The notes beneath the pieces are model-generated. The model ran no database searches, was not told the DNA's origin, and saw nothing but the letters and a program-made list of their open reading frames with translations. A stretch of 64,000 nucleotides of DNA, the filler included. It is 9 parts of 9 records of this genome, joined end to end, with 100 filler letters (N's around TTAATTAATTAA, not from the genome) between each part and the next. Parts side by side here need not be neighbours in the genome. Positions count along the whole stretch, not along the records: positions 42,647 to 49,658 come from SRR31147125_55029; positions 49,759 to 58,676 come from SRR31147125_55081; 7 more parts are not named here. The stretch is one strand, 5' to 3'. Positions 48,842 through 58,776 of the stretch are shown here, piece by piece (position 1 is the first letter of the stretch; every line of letters begins with the position of its first letter). Both the position numbers and the translations under genes were made by a program.

Positions 48842-49567
48842 GTGAAAATAGAACGCAACAGCCGGGTTCCGGTCTACTGGCAGATTAAAGAGATCCTCTA
48901 TGGAAAGATTGTCGACGGCGATCTAAAACCGGGGGAACAGATCCTCTCGGAGCCGAAGCTGGCTCTGGAGTACAATGTGAACCGGCTGACCGTAAGAAGT
49001 GCGATAACCGAACTGGTAAACGCCGGATTCCTCTATCGGGTTCATGGTCAAGGCACTTTTGTCAGTAAACCGAAGGTTGAGTCAGCATCCTCGCATATGT
49101 CAAGTTTTGTGGATGAGATGAAGAAGAAAGGGTTTTCCGTCCGGTCTAAGCTTCTGGTAGCCCAGAAGTTCAAACCCGACGAGAACCTGAGGGAGCAGCT
49201 GAAGCTTAATCATGAGGATTGGGTTTACTACATCCAGAGGATCCGGTACGCCAACAACGAGCCTATTGTCCTTCAGGATGCTTATGTACCCTGTTCCCTG
49301 TTTGAAGGGCTTCTCGATGAAGATCTCGAGGCCGATTCCCTCTACGGGATAATGCGGAGGAAGTATAAGACCGAGCCCTACAAGGCCCGGGAGTCTTTGG
49401 AAGCTGTGAAGGCCGACAGGACAATGGCCGGATTTCTGGATATGAAAGAAGGGGAGGCTGTCCTCTACTGCCGGCGGACAACGATCAATAAAAAAGAAGC
49501 ACCGATAGAGTATGTCCGCAGCTGGTACAGGGGAGACCGTTACGTTTTTGAACTTGATCTTGAGTGA
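48842..49567 (+). CDS. GntR family, HutC subfamily (wHTH-UTRA) regulator
   Basis: PVYWQI, SE..LA..Y.VNR.TVR.A, GQGTFV; UTRA C-terminus ..YRGDRY.F. Confidence 0.92.
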   Translation: MKIERNSRVPVYWQIKEILYGKIVDGDLKPGEQILSEPKLALEYNVNRLTVRSAITELVNAGFLYRVHGQGTFVSKPKVESASSHMSSFVDEMKKKGFSVRSKLLVAQKFKPDENLREQLKLNHEDWVYYIQRIRYANNEPIVLQDAYVPCSLFEGLLDEDLEADSLYGIMRRKYKTEPYKARESLEAVKADRTMAGFLDMKEGEAVLYCRRTTINKKEAPIEYVRSWYRGDRYVFELDLE

Positions 49568-49658
49568 AAACGGTCTCATCCGGAGACCTCTGTGTTTGAA
49601 CTGCACCTTGAATAGCCCCCCTCCGAAATTTTAATGTTTGAAATTGCGGGAAATTTTT

Positions 49659-49758
49659 NNNNNNNNNNNNNNNNNNNNNNNNNNNNNNNNNNNNNNNNNN
49701 NNTTAATTAATTAANNNNNNNNNNNNNNNNNNNNNNNNNNNNNNNNNNNNNNNNNNNN
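49659..49758. other. artificial contig linker
   Basis: N-run/TTAATTAATTAA/N-run. Confidence 0.98.
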
Positions 49759-50365
49759 GGACGGCATCAACGATGCCCCGGCCCTGGCCCAGGCCGATCT
49801 TGGTTTTGCCATTGGATCGGGAACGGATGTGGCCATGGAATCCGCCGGCATCGTCCTGATGCAGGACAGCCTGGCCGGCGTGGTCACGGCCATTGAGCTG
49901 AGCCGGGCCACCCTGAAAAATATCAGGCAGAATCTGTTCTGGGCCTTTTTTTACAATTGTGCCGGCATTCCCCTGGCAGCGGGGCTGTTTTATATTTTCG
50001 GCGGCCCAACCTTGAACCCCATGTTTGCCGCAGCAGCCATGGCTGCAAGTTCAGTCTCCGTTGTCACCAATGCCCTAAGGCTTAAAAATTTTAACCCCTC
50101 CCGGCAGGCCATGCCTTCCGGGCAGAAATCAGACCCCAAGGAGAACACCATGAAGACCATTATCCGTATCGACGGCATGATGTGCCAGCACTGCGTCAAA
50201 AATGTTACAGACAAACTCTCTGCCCTGGACGGCATTGATTCCACCCAGGTCAATCTGGAAGAGAAAACCGCCCTGGTGGAATCCAAAGGGGAGGTGGACC
50301 AGGCCCTGGTCACCGAGACCATCACCCAGGCCGGATATACCGTCACCGGGATTCAGCCCGAATGA
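49759..50365 (+). CDS. copA: Cu(I)-translocating P1B ATPase, 5'-partial, with C-terminal HMA domain
   Basis: [37 protein letters not shown]-terminal GMMCQHC. Confidence 0.9.
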
Positions 50366-50488
50366 TTCAGACCAGATAATTCAGACCAAATGATTCGGTG
50401 GTTTGTTTTGCCTGATTTATTCAGGGGCCAAAGCCAGGACGCCGGGAAACAAGGGTCGTCCTGGCTGGGCAAATAGTCACGGGAAGGG

Positions 50489-51487
50489 TCAGGCGTTGCT
50501 GTCCTTATCTTTGTCGGCCAGGGCTTCCAATATCCTTTGGGGGGTGATGGGCAGGGTGGTAAAGGTGACGCCCAGGGCGTTTTCCACCGCTGCGGTAACC
50601 GCCGGGATGGTGGGAATCAGGGCGGGCTCCCCCACGCCCTTGGCCCCGAAGGGACCGGCGGTTCCCTGGCTGCACACGGCAATGGCGTGGATGTCCGGGG
50701 TGTCCATGGTGGTGGGGATGAGGTATTTGGAGAAGTTGGTGTTTAACAATTGCCCGTCTTCTATCAGGCATTCCTCCATCACGGCAAAGCCCAGACCCAT
50801 GGCCACGCCGCCTTCGATCTGGCCTTCCACGTTGCTTAAGTTGATGGGCTGGCCGACATCATGGGCAGAAACCACACTTAAAACCCGGACCTCCCCTGTT
50901 CGGGTGTCCACCTCAACCTCGGCTGTGGTGGTGGCATAGGCGTATATTTCATAGGGATCTCCTGCCATGGTGTCCGGGTCCAGCAGGGTTGTTTTGGGAT
51001 TGTAGCTTCCCGCACCCACGGCCATGCGGCCCATTTTTTTTGCCTCGGCCATGAGATCGGGGTATGGGATTGTCTGGTCCGGGGCCTCATTGTTAACCGC
51101 CTTTCCCGCCTTGAAACCCACCTTTTCAGCAGGGCAGTCAAGAAGATTGGCCGCCACCTCCTTGAGGGCTGCTTTGGCCTGACGGGCGGCAATGATGACG
51201 GCATTGCCGGTGACAAAGGTCTGGCGGCTGGCCGAGGTGGCCCCGCCGTCGGGTGTGACCATGGTGTCTCCAAAGGTGACATGGATGTTTTCATAGGGAA
51301 GGCCCAGCTCCTCGGCGGCAATCTGGGCCATCACCGTTGTTGAGCCCTGGCCGATGTCTGCGGCCCCGATATTGAGATTGACAGAGCAATCCCCCAGGAT
51401 TTCGATAAAGGCGGCTGCCGGGTTGGGCAGGCCGGTATTGCCGATGCCGTACCACATGCACCCCACGCCTGTGCCTCGTTTTATCAT
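50489..51487 (-). CDS. ndhM: nicotinate dehydrogenase medium molybdopterin subunit
   Basis: [41 protein letters not shown] and GAKGVGEPA closely match the recalled Eubacterium barkeri NdhM. Confidence 0.85.
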   Translation of the reverse strand: MIKRGTGVGCMWYGIGNTGLPNPAAAFIEILGDCSVNLNIGAADIGQGSTTVMAQIAAEELGLPYENIHVTFGDTMVTPDGGATSASRQTFVTGNAVIIAARQAKAALKEVAANLLDCPAEKVGFKAGKAVNNEAPDQTIPYPDLMAEAKKMGRMAVGAGSYNPKTTLLDPDTMAGDPYEIYAYATTTAEVEVDTRTGEVRVLSVVSAHDVGQPINLSNVEGQIEGGVAMGLGFAVMEECLIEDGQLLNTNFSKYLIPTTMDTPDIHAIAVCSQGTAGPFGAKGVGEPALIPTIPAVTAAVENALGVTFTTLPITPQRILEALADKDKDSNA

Positions 51488-52774
51488 TCTGTCTCCTTTT
51501 TGTCTGACAAGGGGCCCTGGCCCAGGGCCTTTGATTTTTCCACGGCCTGCTTCAGGGTGTCGATGAACCCCACACTCTCTCGCAGCACCTGGCCCGTGGC
51601 AATGGTGGTGCCCACCTTGTGGGCGTTGCGCAGGCGGATTTCAATGGGACTGATCCCAAGTTCCCTGGCCAAAGCGTTCATCTGGCCCTCATGGCAGAAT
51701 GCGGCCTGGGGGACACCAAACCCTCTGAAGGCCCCGCACATGGGGTTGTTGGTATAGTAGAACAGGGCGTCTACAGAGACGTTGGGGATCTGGTAGGGGC
51801 CTGTGCAATGGACCATGGCCCGGGTGGCCACGGCAGGGCCGTAGGAGGCATAGGCGCCCGTGTCCGCCGTGATGGCGACCTCAAGGGCCAGAAGTTTGCC
51901 GTCCCTTGCCGCCCCGGTTTTTGCGTGCATGACAAGGGGGTGGCGTTTTGACGAGACCAATGCGGACTCGTGGCGGCAGCGTTCCATTTTAACGGGCCTG
52001 CCCGTATGAAAGGCCAGCAGGGCCAGGTGGCATTGGACCGAGATGTCCAGCTTGCCCCCAAACGCGCCGCCGGTCACCGCCTGGATGACCCGGACCTTGC
52101 CCTGGGAAAGGCCCAGCAGCGCGGCCACTTCGCCGCGGTCGTAATGGGGATTCTGGGTGGAGGACAGCAGGGTCATTACCCCTTTGTCCCAATAGGCCAG
52201 CCCGGCGTCGGGCTCAATGAACATATGGGAGAGGCAGGGGGTTTCATAGGTGTTTTCCACGATGATATCGCATTGGGAAAAGGCCTTTTTTGCATCCCCG
52301 AACCTCAGCTTTTTTTGATGTGGATATTGGTGTCCCCGTGGATTTTTGGGGCATCCTCGTCCAGGGCCTGGGCCATGGTGAAAAGGGGGGCAAGGGCTCG
52401 TACACCACCTGAATAAGGGCCAGAGCCTCTTCAAGGATCTCTTCGGATTCGGCCGCCACCACGGCAATGGCATCCCCGATTCTTCTGACCTTGTCGTCCA
52501 CCAGGCTGGGCTCATCCTTGATGATGATGCCGAACCGGTTGATGCCGGGGATATCCTTATGGGTGAGTACGCAGGCCACCCCGGGAAGACCCAAGGCTTT
52601 TGAGGCATCTATGGCCTTGATTTTGGCGTGGGGCAGGGTGCTGCGCAGGACACCGCCAAAGAGCATGTCCTCCATGAGGTAGTCCGCAGCAAATTTGGCC
52701 TTGCCCATGACCTTTTCCAGGGCATCTTTTTTCCGGACATTGCGGCCCACAACGGAAAATTTTGTCTGGTTCAT
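51484..52774 (-). CDS. ndhL: nicotinate dehydrogenase large molybdopterin subunit (two apparent homopolymer frameshifts near 52385 and 52313)
   Basis: [53 protein letters not shown]. Confidence 0.82.
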
Positions 52775-52790
52775 GACTGTCTCCAAAGGA

Positions 52791-53300
52791 TTAATTGGCG
52801 TCGGCAAGGGCGCTGTCGCCGGATGAGCTGGCCGTGTCAGTGGCACTGGCCCGTTCAACCGCGTCAATGATTTTTGTATATCCGGTGCACCGGCACAGGT
52901 TCCCTGACATGGCCCGTTTGATCTCTTCCCGGTTGGGCCGGGGATTTTCCATGAGCAGGGCCTTGGCGGACAGCAGCATGCCCGGGGTGCAGAATCCGCA
53001 TTGAACCGCCCCGGAATCCATGAAGGCCTCCTGGAGGACAGAGGCTTTGTCGTTCTTGCTCAGCCCTTCCACCGTAATGAGTTGGGCCCCGTCAATCTGG
53101 GCGGCCAGGGCAGTACAGGAGGTGATGGTCTTACCGTTGCAGATAACGGTGCAGGCCCCGCATTCTCCTTCTCCGCAGCCTTTTTTCACACTGGTCAGTC
53201 CCAGATCTTTTCTTAAAAAGTCCACCAGCAGCCGGTTGGGGGCGGTGTCCGCTGTAATTTCTTTTCCGTTCAGGGTGAAGGTGATGGTGACAGGTTTCAT
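52791..53300 (-). CDS. ndhS: nicotinate dehydrogenase small 2x[2Fe-2S] subunit
   Basis: GCGEGECGAC, QCGFCTPG, GNLCRCTGY. Confidence 0.85.
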   Translation of the reverse strand: MKPVTITFTLNGKEITADTAPNRLLVDFLRKDLGLTSVKKGCGEGECGACTVICNGKTITSCTALAAQIDGAQLITVEGLSKNDKASVLQEAFMDSGAVQCGFCTPGMLLSAKALLMENPRPNREEIKRAMSGNLCRCTGYTKIIDAVERASATDTASSSGDSALADAN

Positions 53301-54175
53301 ATGGGTACTCCTGCGAATTGGTCCAATATGTCTGAAAAGACTTTTTTAAACACCCCGACCACAGCGCCTTTTTTATAGGGGATCTCCCATGGCCTTTGTT
53401 TGAGGGAGTCACATACGGCCTCCATGAACAAAGGATAGGCCGCTTCAAGGGTGTCAGGGGACAGGGGGGCGCCTGTGAGCGCCTCTTCCACCGCAGTGAA
53501 CCGAAGGGGATAGCGGGCCAGAGCCCCGCCTCTGACCGCTGCTTTTAGGCAGATGCCCCGGGAGTCGGTTTCAACACATGCGGCCCCGCCGATATCGGCA
53601 ATGCCAAGGGCCCTGCGACGGGCCAGTTTATAAAAGGCTGTGGCTGTTCCCGAAGTGGGGGCGGGAAAGAAAATATCCGTGATCAGTTCTTTGGGGGTCA
53701 GGCTGTTGTCCCCGGGGCCCTGGGTCAGCTCATCTAAGGTCAGGATGCGCTGGCCGTCGGCAGATGTGGCCTGGATGGATGTGCCAAGGACCATGAGAGC
53801 GGTGAGGCCGTCGGCAGCCACAGAGGTCTTTCCCACATTGCCGCCAATGGTGGCCCGGTTTCTGATCTGGGGAGATCCCATGTCATAGGCTGCCTGGTAG
53901 AGCAGTCTGACCCGGTTTTGGATCAGGGGGCTGCGCTCCAAATCGTCAAAGGTGGTGAGCGGGCCCAGATGGATGGTCCCGTTTTCTTCTCTTATATAGC
54001 GCAGCTGGTCAAGATCAAGAAGGTTGATAAGGATCTCAGGGGCCTCACGCCCCTGCGCCATGTCCACCAGAAGATCTGTGCCGCCGGCAATGAGTTTGCC
54101 CTTGTCTCCGAGATGGGAAAGCAGGGTCAGGGCTTGGTCTAAGGTGGACGGGGACCGGTATTCAAAGGGTTTCAT
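53297..54175 (-). CDS. ndhF: nicotinate dehydrogenase FAD subunit (CoxM/XdhB-type)
   Basis: IAGGTDL, GSPQIRNRATIGGN, AAD, FYKL.RR.AL. Confidence 0.85.
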   Translation of the reverse strand: MKPFEYRSPSTLDQALTLLSHLGDKGKLIAGGTDLLVDMAQGREAPEILINLLDLDQLRYIREENGTIHLGPLTTFDDLERSPLIQNRVRLLYQAAYDMGSPQIRNRATIGGNVGKTSVAADGLTALMVLGTSIQATSADGQRILTLDELTQGPGDNSLTPKELITDIFFPAPTSGTATAFYKLARRRALGIADIGGAACVETDSRGICLKAAVRGGALARYPLRFTAVEEALTGAPLSPDTLEAAYPLFMEAVCDSLKQRPWEIPYKKGAVVGVFKKVFSDILDQFAGVPI

Positions 54176-55076
54176 AATCTCTCCCTAATTTAGGATCTGG
54201 GGGGGCAGGGGTCTTTGCCAGCGGTTCCAGTCTGCCGGGGCCAAAAGCGTTGGTGGCGGTCCATTGGCCTGAGCAGGCAAGGAATGCCCCTAAAATAAGA
54301 CCTGCGGTTTCGTAGTCAAGGGCCTTGGCCCGGGCCCGGGTCAGGGCGGTTCGAATGAGAGCCTCGGGCAGGTTGCCCACGGCCACTGTTACCGGGACAT
54401 GGGGGATGTCCGTCAGTGGGGAGACTTGGGCCGCCGGAATTTGTCTAATCCTGTGATGGGCAACAAAACAGGCGTTGGCAATGGAGGTGGCTGCGGCATC
54501 AGCCAGGGCCGAGGATTTTGCCAGGGCCGTGGCCGCGGACGCAATACCCGTGGTAAAGCTGCGCCCTCCAAACCCGCTGGTATTGACCCCGTAGGTCGGA
54601 CAACTGCCGTCCAGGGCCAGGACATGGGAGAGACAAGAGGCGTTCAGATCCGGCCGGATGCCCACACGGGCGGTTTCCCTTGGGGCCAGGCAGATGGCCA
54701 GGTCTCCCCCGTTGTCCACGATGACCCGGGTGCAGCCCCGGTCAAAAAGAAAATTGGCCACGGCATCGGCAATGGCGCCGGCCACAGAAGCCATGGGGGT
54801 CAGTTCAGGGTCTCCCAGGGCCAGGACGCTGTCCACCATGGCCCGGGGCACAGGATCGCTGGGCCTGAACGCCGACAGGGCCGGCAATTCCCTAAGACCG
54901 GTCAAATTATCCGCCACCTGGTCCAGGCAGGAAAAGGAAAACGCTGCTGCGGCCAGGGCCAGGTCCTTTTGGAACCTGTCCCCGGTCCAGGCCCGGATCA
55001 CCAGATGCAGGGGCCCGTTTTCAGCAACAACTGCATCCTGGCCGGGGGCAAGGGTGATGAGGCGGTCGGAACTCAT
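54162..55076 (-). CDS. UPF0280 / ApbE-superfamily protein
   Basis: GP, TPMASVAGAIAD, VDNGGD, TSG.GGRSF..GIA, ADAAAT.IAN; no signal peptide. Confidence 0.85.
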   Translation of the reverse strand: MSSDRLITLAPGQDAVVAENGPLHLVIRAWTGDRFQKDLALAAAAFSFSCLDQVADNLTGLRELPALSAFRPSDPVPRAMVDSVLALGDPELTPMASVAGAIADAVANFLFDRGCTRVIVDNGGDLAICLAPRETARVGIRPDLNASCLSHVLALDGSCPTYGVNTSGFGGRSFTTGIASAATALAKSSALADAAATSIANACFVAHHRIRQIPAAQVSPLTDIPHVPVTVAVGNLPEALIRTALTRARAKALDYETAGLILGAFLACSGQWTATNAFGPGRLEPLAKTPAPPDPKLGRDYETL

Positions 55077-56626
55077 CCATCCTCCCCGTCCATATTGTCA
55101 GGGTCCTTTTTTTCAGTGGGGGCGTCTGCTGTGGCGGCAAAGGGTTTCATGGCCTCTTTGTGTCCGCCCATGGCCAGGTAGTCTGCCTTTGTCATGGTGT
55201 ACTCCAGGGGACAGATGGTGGCCGGGGTTGGGGTCCAGTAAAAGGATCCGGGCTTGACCCGCCCAACGTCCACCATAAAGGAGATGCCCCCGCCGGGAAG
55301 GACAAAGGAGGGGCTGCCGCAGACCGTGACATGGGCCTTGCGGTCGTGGACCGCCCGGGTGAGCTTGATGGGGTATTGGGTGACACCTGCCCGGGCGCTG
55401 CCGCCGGACCCGCCGGTGTAGATCCCCGAGACAAGGGAATCCTCACAGGAGTCCTGGATGGCGGCCAGAGCTGATTTGGCTTTATCACCCAAAGGCATTG
55501 GGGTGAGGCTGCCGTCCGCTGCCAGGCTGAACATGGCACCGTTCTGGCCTGTGGTTTCGGTGATCAGGATTGTCATGCCAGGCCAGGCCAGGGCCATGTC
55601 GATCCCTTTGACAATACGTTTAGGATCGGTGATGGAAGTGCCGCCCCAGCCATCACCGTGGTCGCCGAAATACCGGCCCGGTGTGCTCTGGGAGAAGATC
55701 AGTTCCACACCCGTGGCAGGGACCCCCACATGGTTTCCCGCCACATGACAGCTTAACAATCCTGTCACATGGGAGTCCAGAACAATGACCTCATCAGCAG
55801 CCCGGCTGAGCAGGGGGGCGAAAATACCCAGAGTTGCGCTGCCGCATCCGATGCGCATCTTGGCGGCTGTTTTGCCGTTGATCACAGGGGGATGCCCCAC
55901 CTTTACCTTGAGGCGGGTCTTGTTTTCAATTTTCAAGGAGACCTGCCGGCCGTTGGCAATGTCCGTGATGGTCCGGGCCACTAAAAATCCGTTTTCGCCG
56001 GTGAGGCGGTTCACCCCGCCGATGTGGAGCATCTTGGAACCGTATTGTTCGGTTTCCACCATACCCACCATCCGTTTGCCCGAAAAGATCCGGTCCCCCT
56101 CCCGGCCGATGGCCATATCCGTATCAATCTTGAGGATAACGGAACTATAACTTAAGGGTACCTCTGTGACCACGGTGACCACATCCACCTCTCCTCTTTT
56201 TTCAGAGACAATATGGGGGGCGGGCTGGCAGCAGGGGTAGGTGGTGCCGGCCCCCAGGGCCGTTACCACTGGGGTGGTGATGACCGGGTCGGGCCCGTCT
56301 TTGACCCAGGGGCGGACCTGGTCAACGGTGTGCAGAGGGGTGGTGCGGACCAGGGTGCCGTCCTGGTTTTCATACCTGAGGCAGGCCCCCTTGGCGCCTG
56401 GAGGCACCATGCATTTGATGGGGCAATGGTCGCAGAGGCAGGCCCCCTCAGGGGCAGAATCCTCCAAAGAGATGGCCTCTTCGGGGCAGACCTTGGCGCA
56501 GACCCGGCAGCCGGTGCACAGGGCCGGATCAATGACGGCCTTTTTGGCCTGTACCGATATGGCGCCCAAGGGGCAGTCTCTCATGCAGAAGCCGCAGCCC
56601 GTGCATTGGGTGGTATTGACCTGCAT
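55073..56626 (-). CDS. hnr: 6-hydroxynicotinate reductase
   Basis: two CxxCxxCxxxCP ferredoxin motifs, CDHCP..C..GAC.RY, GAGTTYP, YGSKML.IGG, MRIGCGSAT, GGSARAGV, PGGGI, PTPA, Y..MGGH. Confidence 0.9.
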   Translation of the reverse strand: MQVNTTQCTGCGFCMRDCPLGAISVQAKKAVIDPALCTGCRVCAKVCPEEAISLEDSAPEGACLCDHCPIKCMVPPGAKGACLRYENQDGTLVRTTPLHTVDQVRPWVKDGPDPVITTPVVTALGAGTTYPCCQPAPHIVSEKRGEVDVVTVVTEVPLSYSSVILKIDTDMAIGREGDRIFSGKRMVGMVETEQYGSKMLHIGGVNRLTGENGFLVARTITDIANGRQVSLKIENKTRLKVKVGHPPVINGKTAAKMRIGCGSATLGIFAPLLSRAADEVIVLDSHVTGLLSCHVAGNHVGVPATGVELIFSQSTPGRYFGDHGDGWGGTSITDPKRIVKGIDMALAWPGMTILITETTGQNGAMFSLAADGSLTPMPLGDKAKSALAAIQDSCEDSLVSGIYTGGSGGSARAGVTQYPIKLTRAVHDRKAHVTVCGSPSFVLPGGGISFMVDVGRVKPGSFYWTPTPATICPLEYTMTKADYLAMGGHKEAMKPFAATADAPTEKKDPDNMDGEDG

Positions 56627-56633
56627 GGCGGTT

Positions 56634-57794
56634 TTAGCAAACCTCCGGCTGGGTGGCTGAGGGCGGGGTATTCCGGCTTTTGCCCACAACGACCTCACCA
56701 TCCACAATAACCATGGAAACCCCGGGCACATCACCGGCTTCGATGGCTGACAGGGCATCGGTGCCCACCGAGCCCATGGGGGTGTCCATGATGACGATAT
56801 CCCCAGGCTTTCCTTTGGCAATAAAGCCGGTATCCAGGCCGTGAACCCTGGCGGTATTGCCCGTGGCCATGCACAGGGCCTGGGCCCCGGTCACAGGGGT
56901 GAGGCTGGCCAAATGGTTGATGACCCTCAGAATGCCAAGGGGCACCACGCCCGTGCCGGACGGGGCGTCATTTCCGATGATGACCCGTGACAGCTGGCCT
57001 TTTTCTGCGATGAACTCCGCGGCTTTGACCGCGGCCAGGGGATTGCCGCAATGGACGATCTCAAGGGCCAGGTCCGAGTCTGTAACCAGCTTTTGGATCT
57101 CTTCAAAGGATACGGCTGTGGGGCCGCCGTTGATATGGGATGCGATGTCCGGGCCTGCGGTCATGACCATGTCTGCCGTAACTGAAGAGGATCCCGGAAT
57201 GGAGGTGCCGCCGGTGTGCATCATGATTTTCATGCCGCAGTCCCTGGCCCATTTGACCATGATTGCAGCGTCGGCCGGATCCTTTACCGAGCCCAGACCG
57301 ATCTCGCCCACCAGGGAAACCCCTGCCGCTGCCATTTCCTTGAAGTCCTCCTCGGTCAGGCCTTTTTCCAGGATCACTGCCCCTGCCCGGACCTTGGCCC
57401 CGCCGGGCCGAAAGTTCTGGAAAGATTTACAGGCCAGGATAGCCAGGGCCTTGACTCCGGCCCGGTCTTTGGGCCGTCCCTTAAGGTGGACCTCTCCGGC
57501 GGAGATGATGGTGGTGACCCCGCCGTGGACCTCACTTTCGATGAACCCCTCTTGTTTCTGGCGGGAGGTGTAATCCCCCAGAATGACATGGCAGTGGGAG
57601 TCGATAAGGCCCGGGGCCACTGTGGTCCCTTTGCAGTCTATGGTTTTGGCGGCATTGACTTTGCCAAAGTCGGCAAGGGCGCCGATTTTTTCTATTTTGC
57701 CGTCTGTGATCAGGACAGCGTCCGCCGCAATCACCGGGGCATCAATGTCCCCGGAGATCAGGGTACCGATATTCTTTAAGAGCATGTCTGACAT
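56634..57794 (-). CDS. ena: enamidase (amidohydrolase)
   Basis: GLIDSHCH, ISAGEVH..GRP, GEIGLG, MHTGG.SIPGS, SHINGGPTA, GNDAPSG.GV.PLG; adjacent to hnr. Confidence 0.9.
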   Translation of the reverse strand: MSDMLLKNIGTLISGDIDAPVIAADAVLITDGKIEKIGALADFGKVNAAKTIDCKGTTVAPGLIDSHCHVILGDYTSRQKQEGFIESEVHGGVTTIISAGEVHLKGRPKDRAGVKALAILACKSFQNFRPGGAKVRAGAVILEKGLTEEDFKEMAAAGVSLVGEIGLGSVKDPADAAIMVKWARDCGMKIMMHTGGTSIPGSSSVTADMVMTAGPDIASHINGGPTAVSFEEIQKLVTDSDLALEIVHCGNPLAAVKAAEFIAEKGQLSRVIIGNDAPSGTGVVPLGILRVINHLASLTPVTGAQALCMATGNTARVHGLDTGFIAKGKPGDIVIMDTPMGSVGTDALSAIEAGDVPGVSMVIVDGEVVVGKSRNTPPSATQPEVC

Positions 57795-57854
57795 GGATTC
57801 TCCTAAGCAAATGGATGTGAATCTGCAATTGTGGATTTACCTGAAACCGCCGGA

Positions 57855-58445
57855 CTAGCGCAGGCCGTCCTCTCCCTTGACCTCGTCTGTGGTCAGTCCG
57901 CCCACCCGGGGCAGGGGCCGGCCGGAGTCGGTGATCCCCACCATGAGTACCAGTTCATCGGCCCCGGGAGCGTCCGGGATCCTGACTTCCATGGCATCAA
58001 AGTGGGAACGGACATAGGCGGCATTTTTATGGCCCAGGGGCAGGTCAATGGCCGTGCCCGGGCCGCCCATTTTTTTGGCCGAGGGTAAAAGGGCCTTGCC
58101 CCCGCCCACATTGTCCCGGATGGGTTTGCCCAGGGCCGGATGCATCAGGGCGGCGCAATGCTCGCGTTCTCCGGCAAGACCTGAGATGGCGGCCTTGCCG
58201 TAGCTTTCCACCTGGTCCGGCTCAATGCCTGGGGCGGTCACAGCCTTTTGGGTGAGCATGACGCCCAACTCCTCGCTCCATTTGTAAAGCAGGGACAAAT
58301 CTTTTTGATATACCCCGGCATAGGGGTTTTTAAATACAACGGCACATGCGGCTTTGCGGGTGGGGGAAGGCAGGGGGGTTACCCCGTCCATGCAGGTCTC
58401 TTCCACAATGGTATAGATGGTTCTGATTTGAGGGGTGTCACTCAT
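57855..58445 (-). CDS. 'amino acid synthesis' family (DUF1185-like) protein
   Basis: KNPYAG, ESYGKAA..G..GE.EH.AA..H, PSAKK.G..G..ID.PLGH, RSHFD, GRP.PRV; AAGGAG RBS. Confidence 0.85.
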   Translation of the reverse strand: MSDTPQIRTIYTIVEETCMDGVTPLPSPTRKAACAVVFKNPYAGVYQKDLSLLYKWSEELGVMLTQKAVTAPGIEPDQVESYGKAAISGLAGEREHCAALMHPALGKPIRDNVGGGKALLPSAKKMGGPGTAIDLPLGHKNAAYVRSHFDAMEVRIPDAPGADELVLMVGITDSGRPLPRVGGLTTDEVKGEDGLR

Positions 58446-58489
58446 GGTACAGGTCTCCTTATACATAAAATTTTAAAATTCGCTGTGGT

Positions 58490-58676
58490 CTACCCCATGA
58501 TCCCGGGTAGAAACAGGGCCAGTTGGGGAAATACAGTCACAAGGAACACCACGGCAAAAATGGCCAGAAGAAAATAGATGGCCCCTTTGAATATGGTTTC
58601 CATGGGGACGTCGGCCACACCGGCAATTACAAAGATATTCAGTCCAAGGGGCGGGGTGATCAGGCCCGCCTCCATC
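58490..58676 (-). CDS. dctM: TRAP transporter large permease C-terminus (5'-partial)
   Basis: GLITPPLGLN.FV..G, FP.L.LFLP. Confidence 0.85.
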
Positions 58677-58776
58677 NNNNNNNNNNNNNNNNNNNNNNNN
58701 NNNNNNNNNNNNNNNNNNNNTTAATTAATTAANNNNNNNNNNNNNNNNNNNNNNNNNNNNNNNNNNNNNNNNNNNN
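58677..58776. other. artificial contig linker
   Basis: N-run/TTAATTAATTAA/N-run. Confidence 0.98.

Noticed and set aside
50362-50395. ATTCAGACCA direct repeat after copA
   Set aside because: Two short copies only; no supportable function.
314-52390. Frameshifts in dprA, hslU, flhF (A AAA AAG), the Zn-dehydrogenase, the PLP enzyme and ndhL (two) as programmed frameshifting or pseudogenes
   Set aside because: Each is repaired by adding one base to a homopolymer, and they occur across four unrelated contigs including housekeeping genes. This is the signature of homopolymer sequencing error; raw reads would settle it.
56627-56821. 65-aa N-terminal extension of Hnr
   Set aside because: Overlaps ena; the ferredoxin domain begins at ATG 56626 after a GGAGG RBS.
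50403-58577. Many overlapping 60-260 aa ORFs in the GC-rich contig
   Set aside because: Shadow ORFs expected at high GC, fully overlapping well-supported genes.
5346-58776. Repeated TTAATTAATTAA motif and apparent gene neighbourhoods across N-runs
   Set aside because: Artificial linkers; no functional linkage can be inferred across them.
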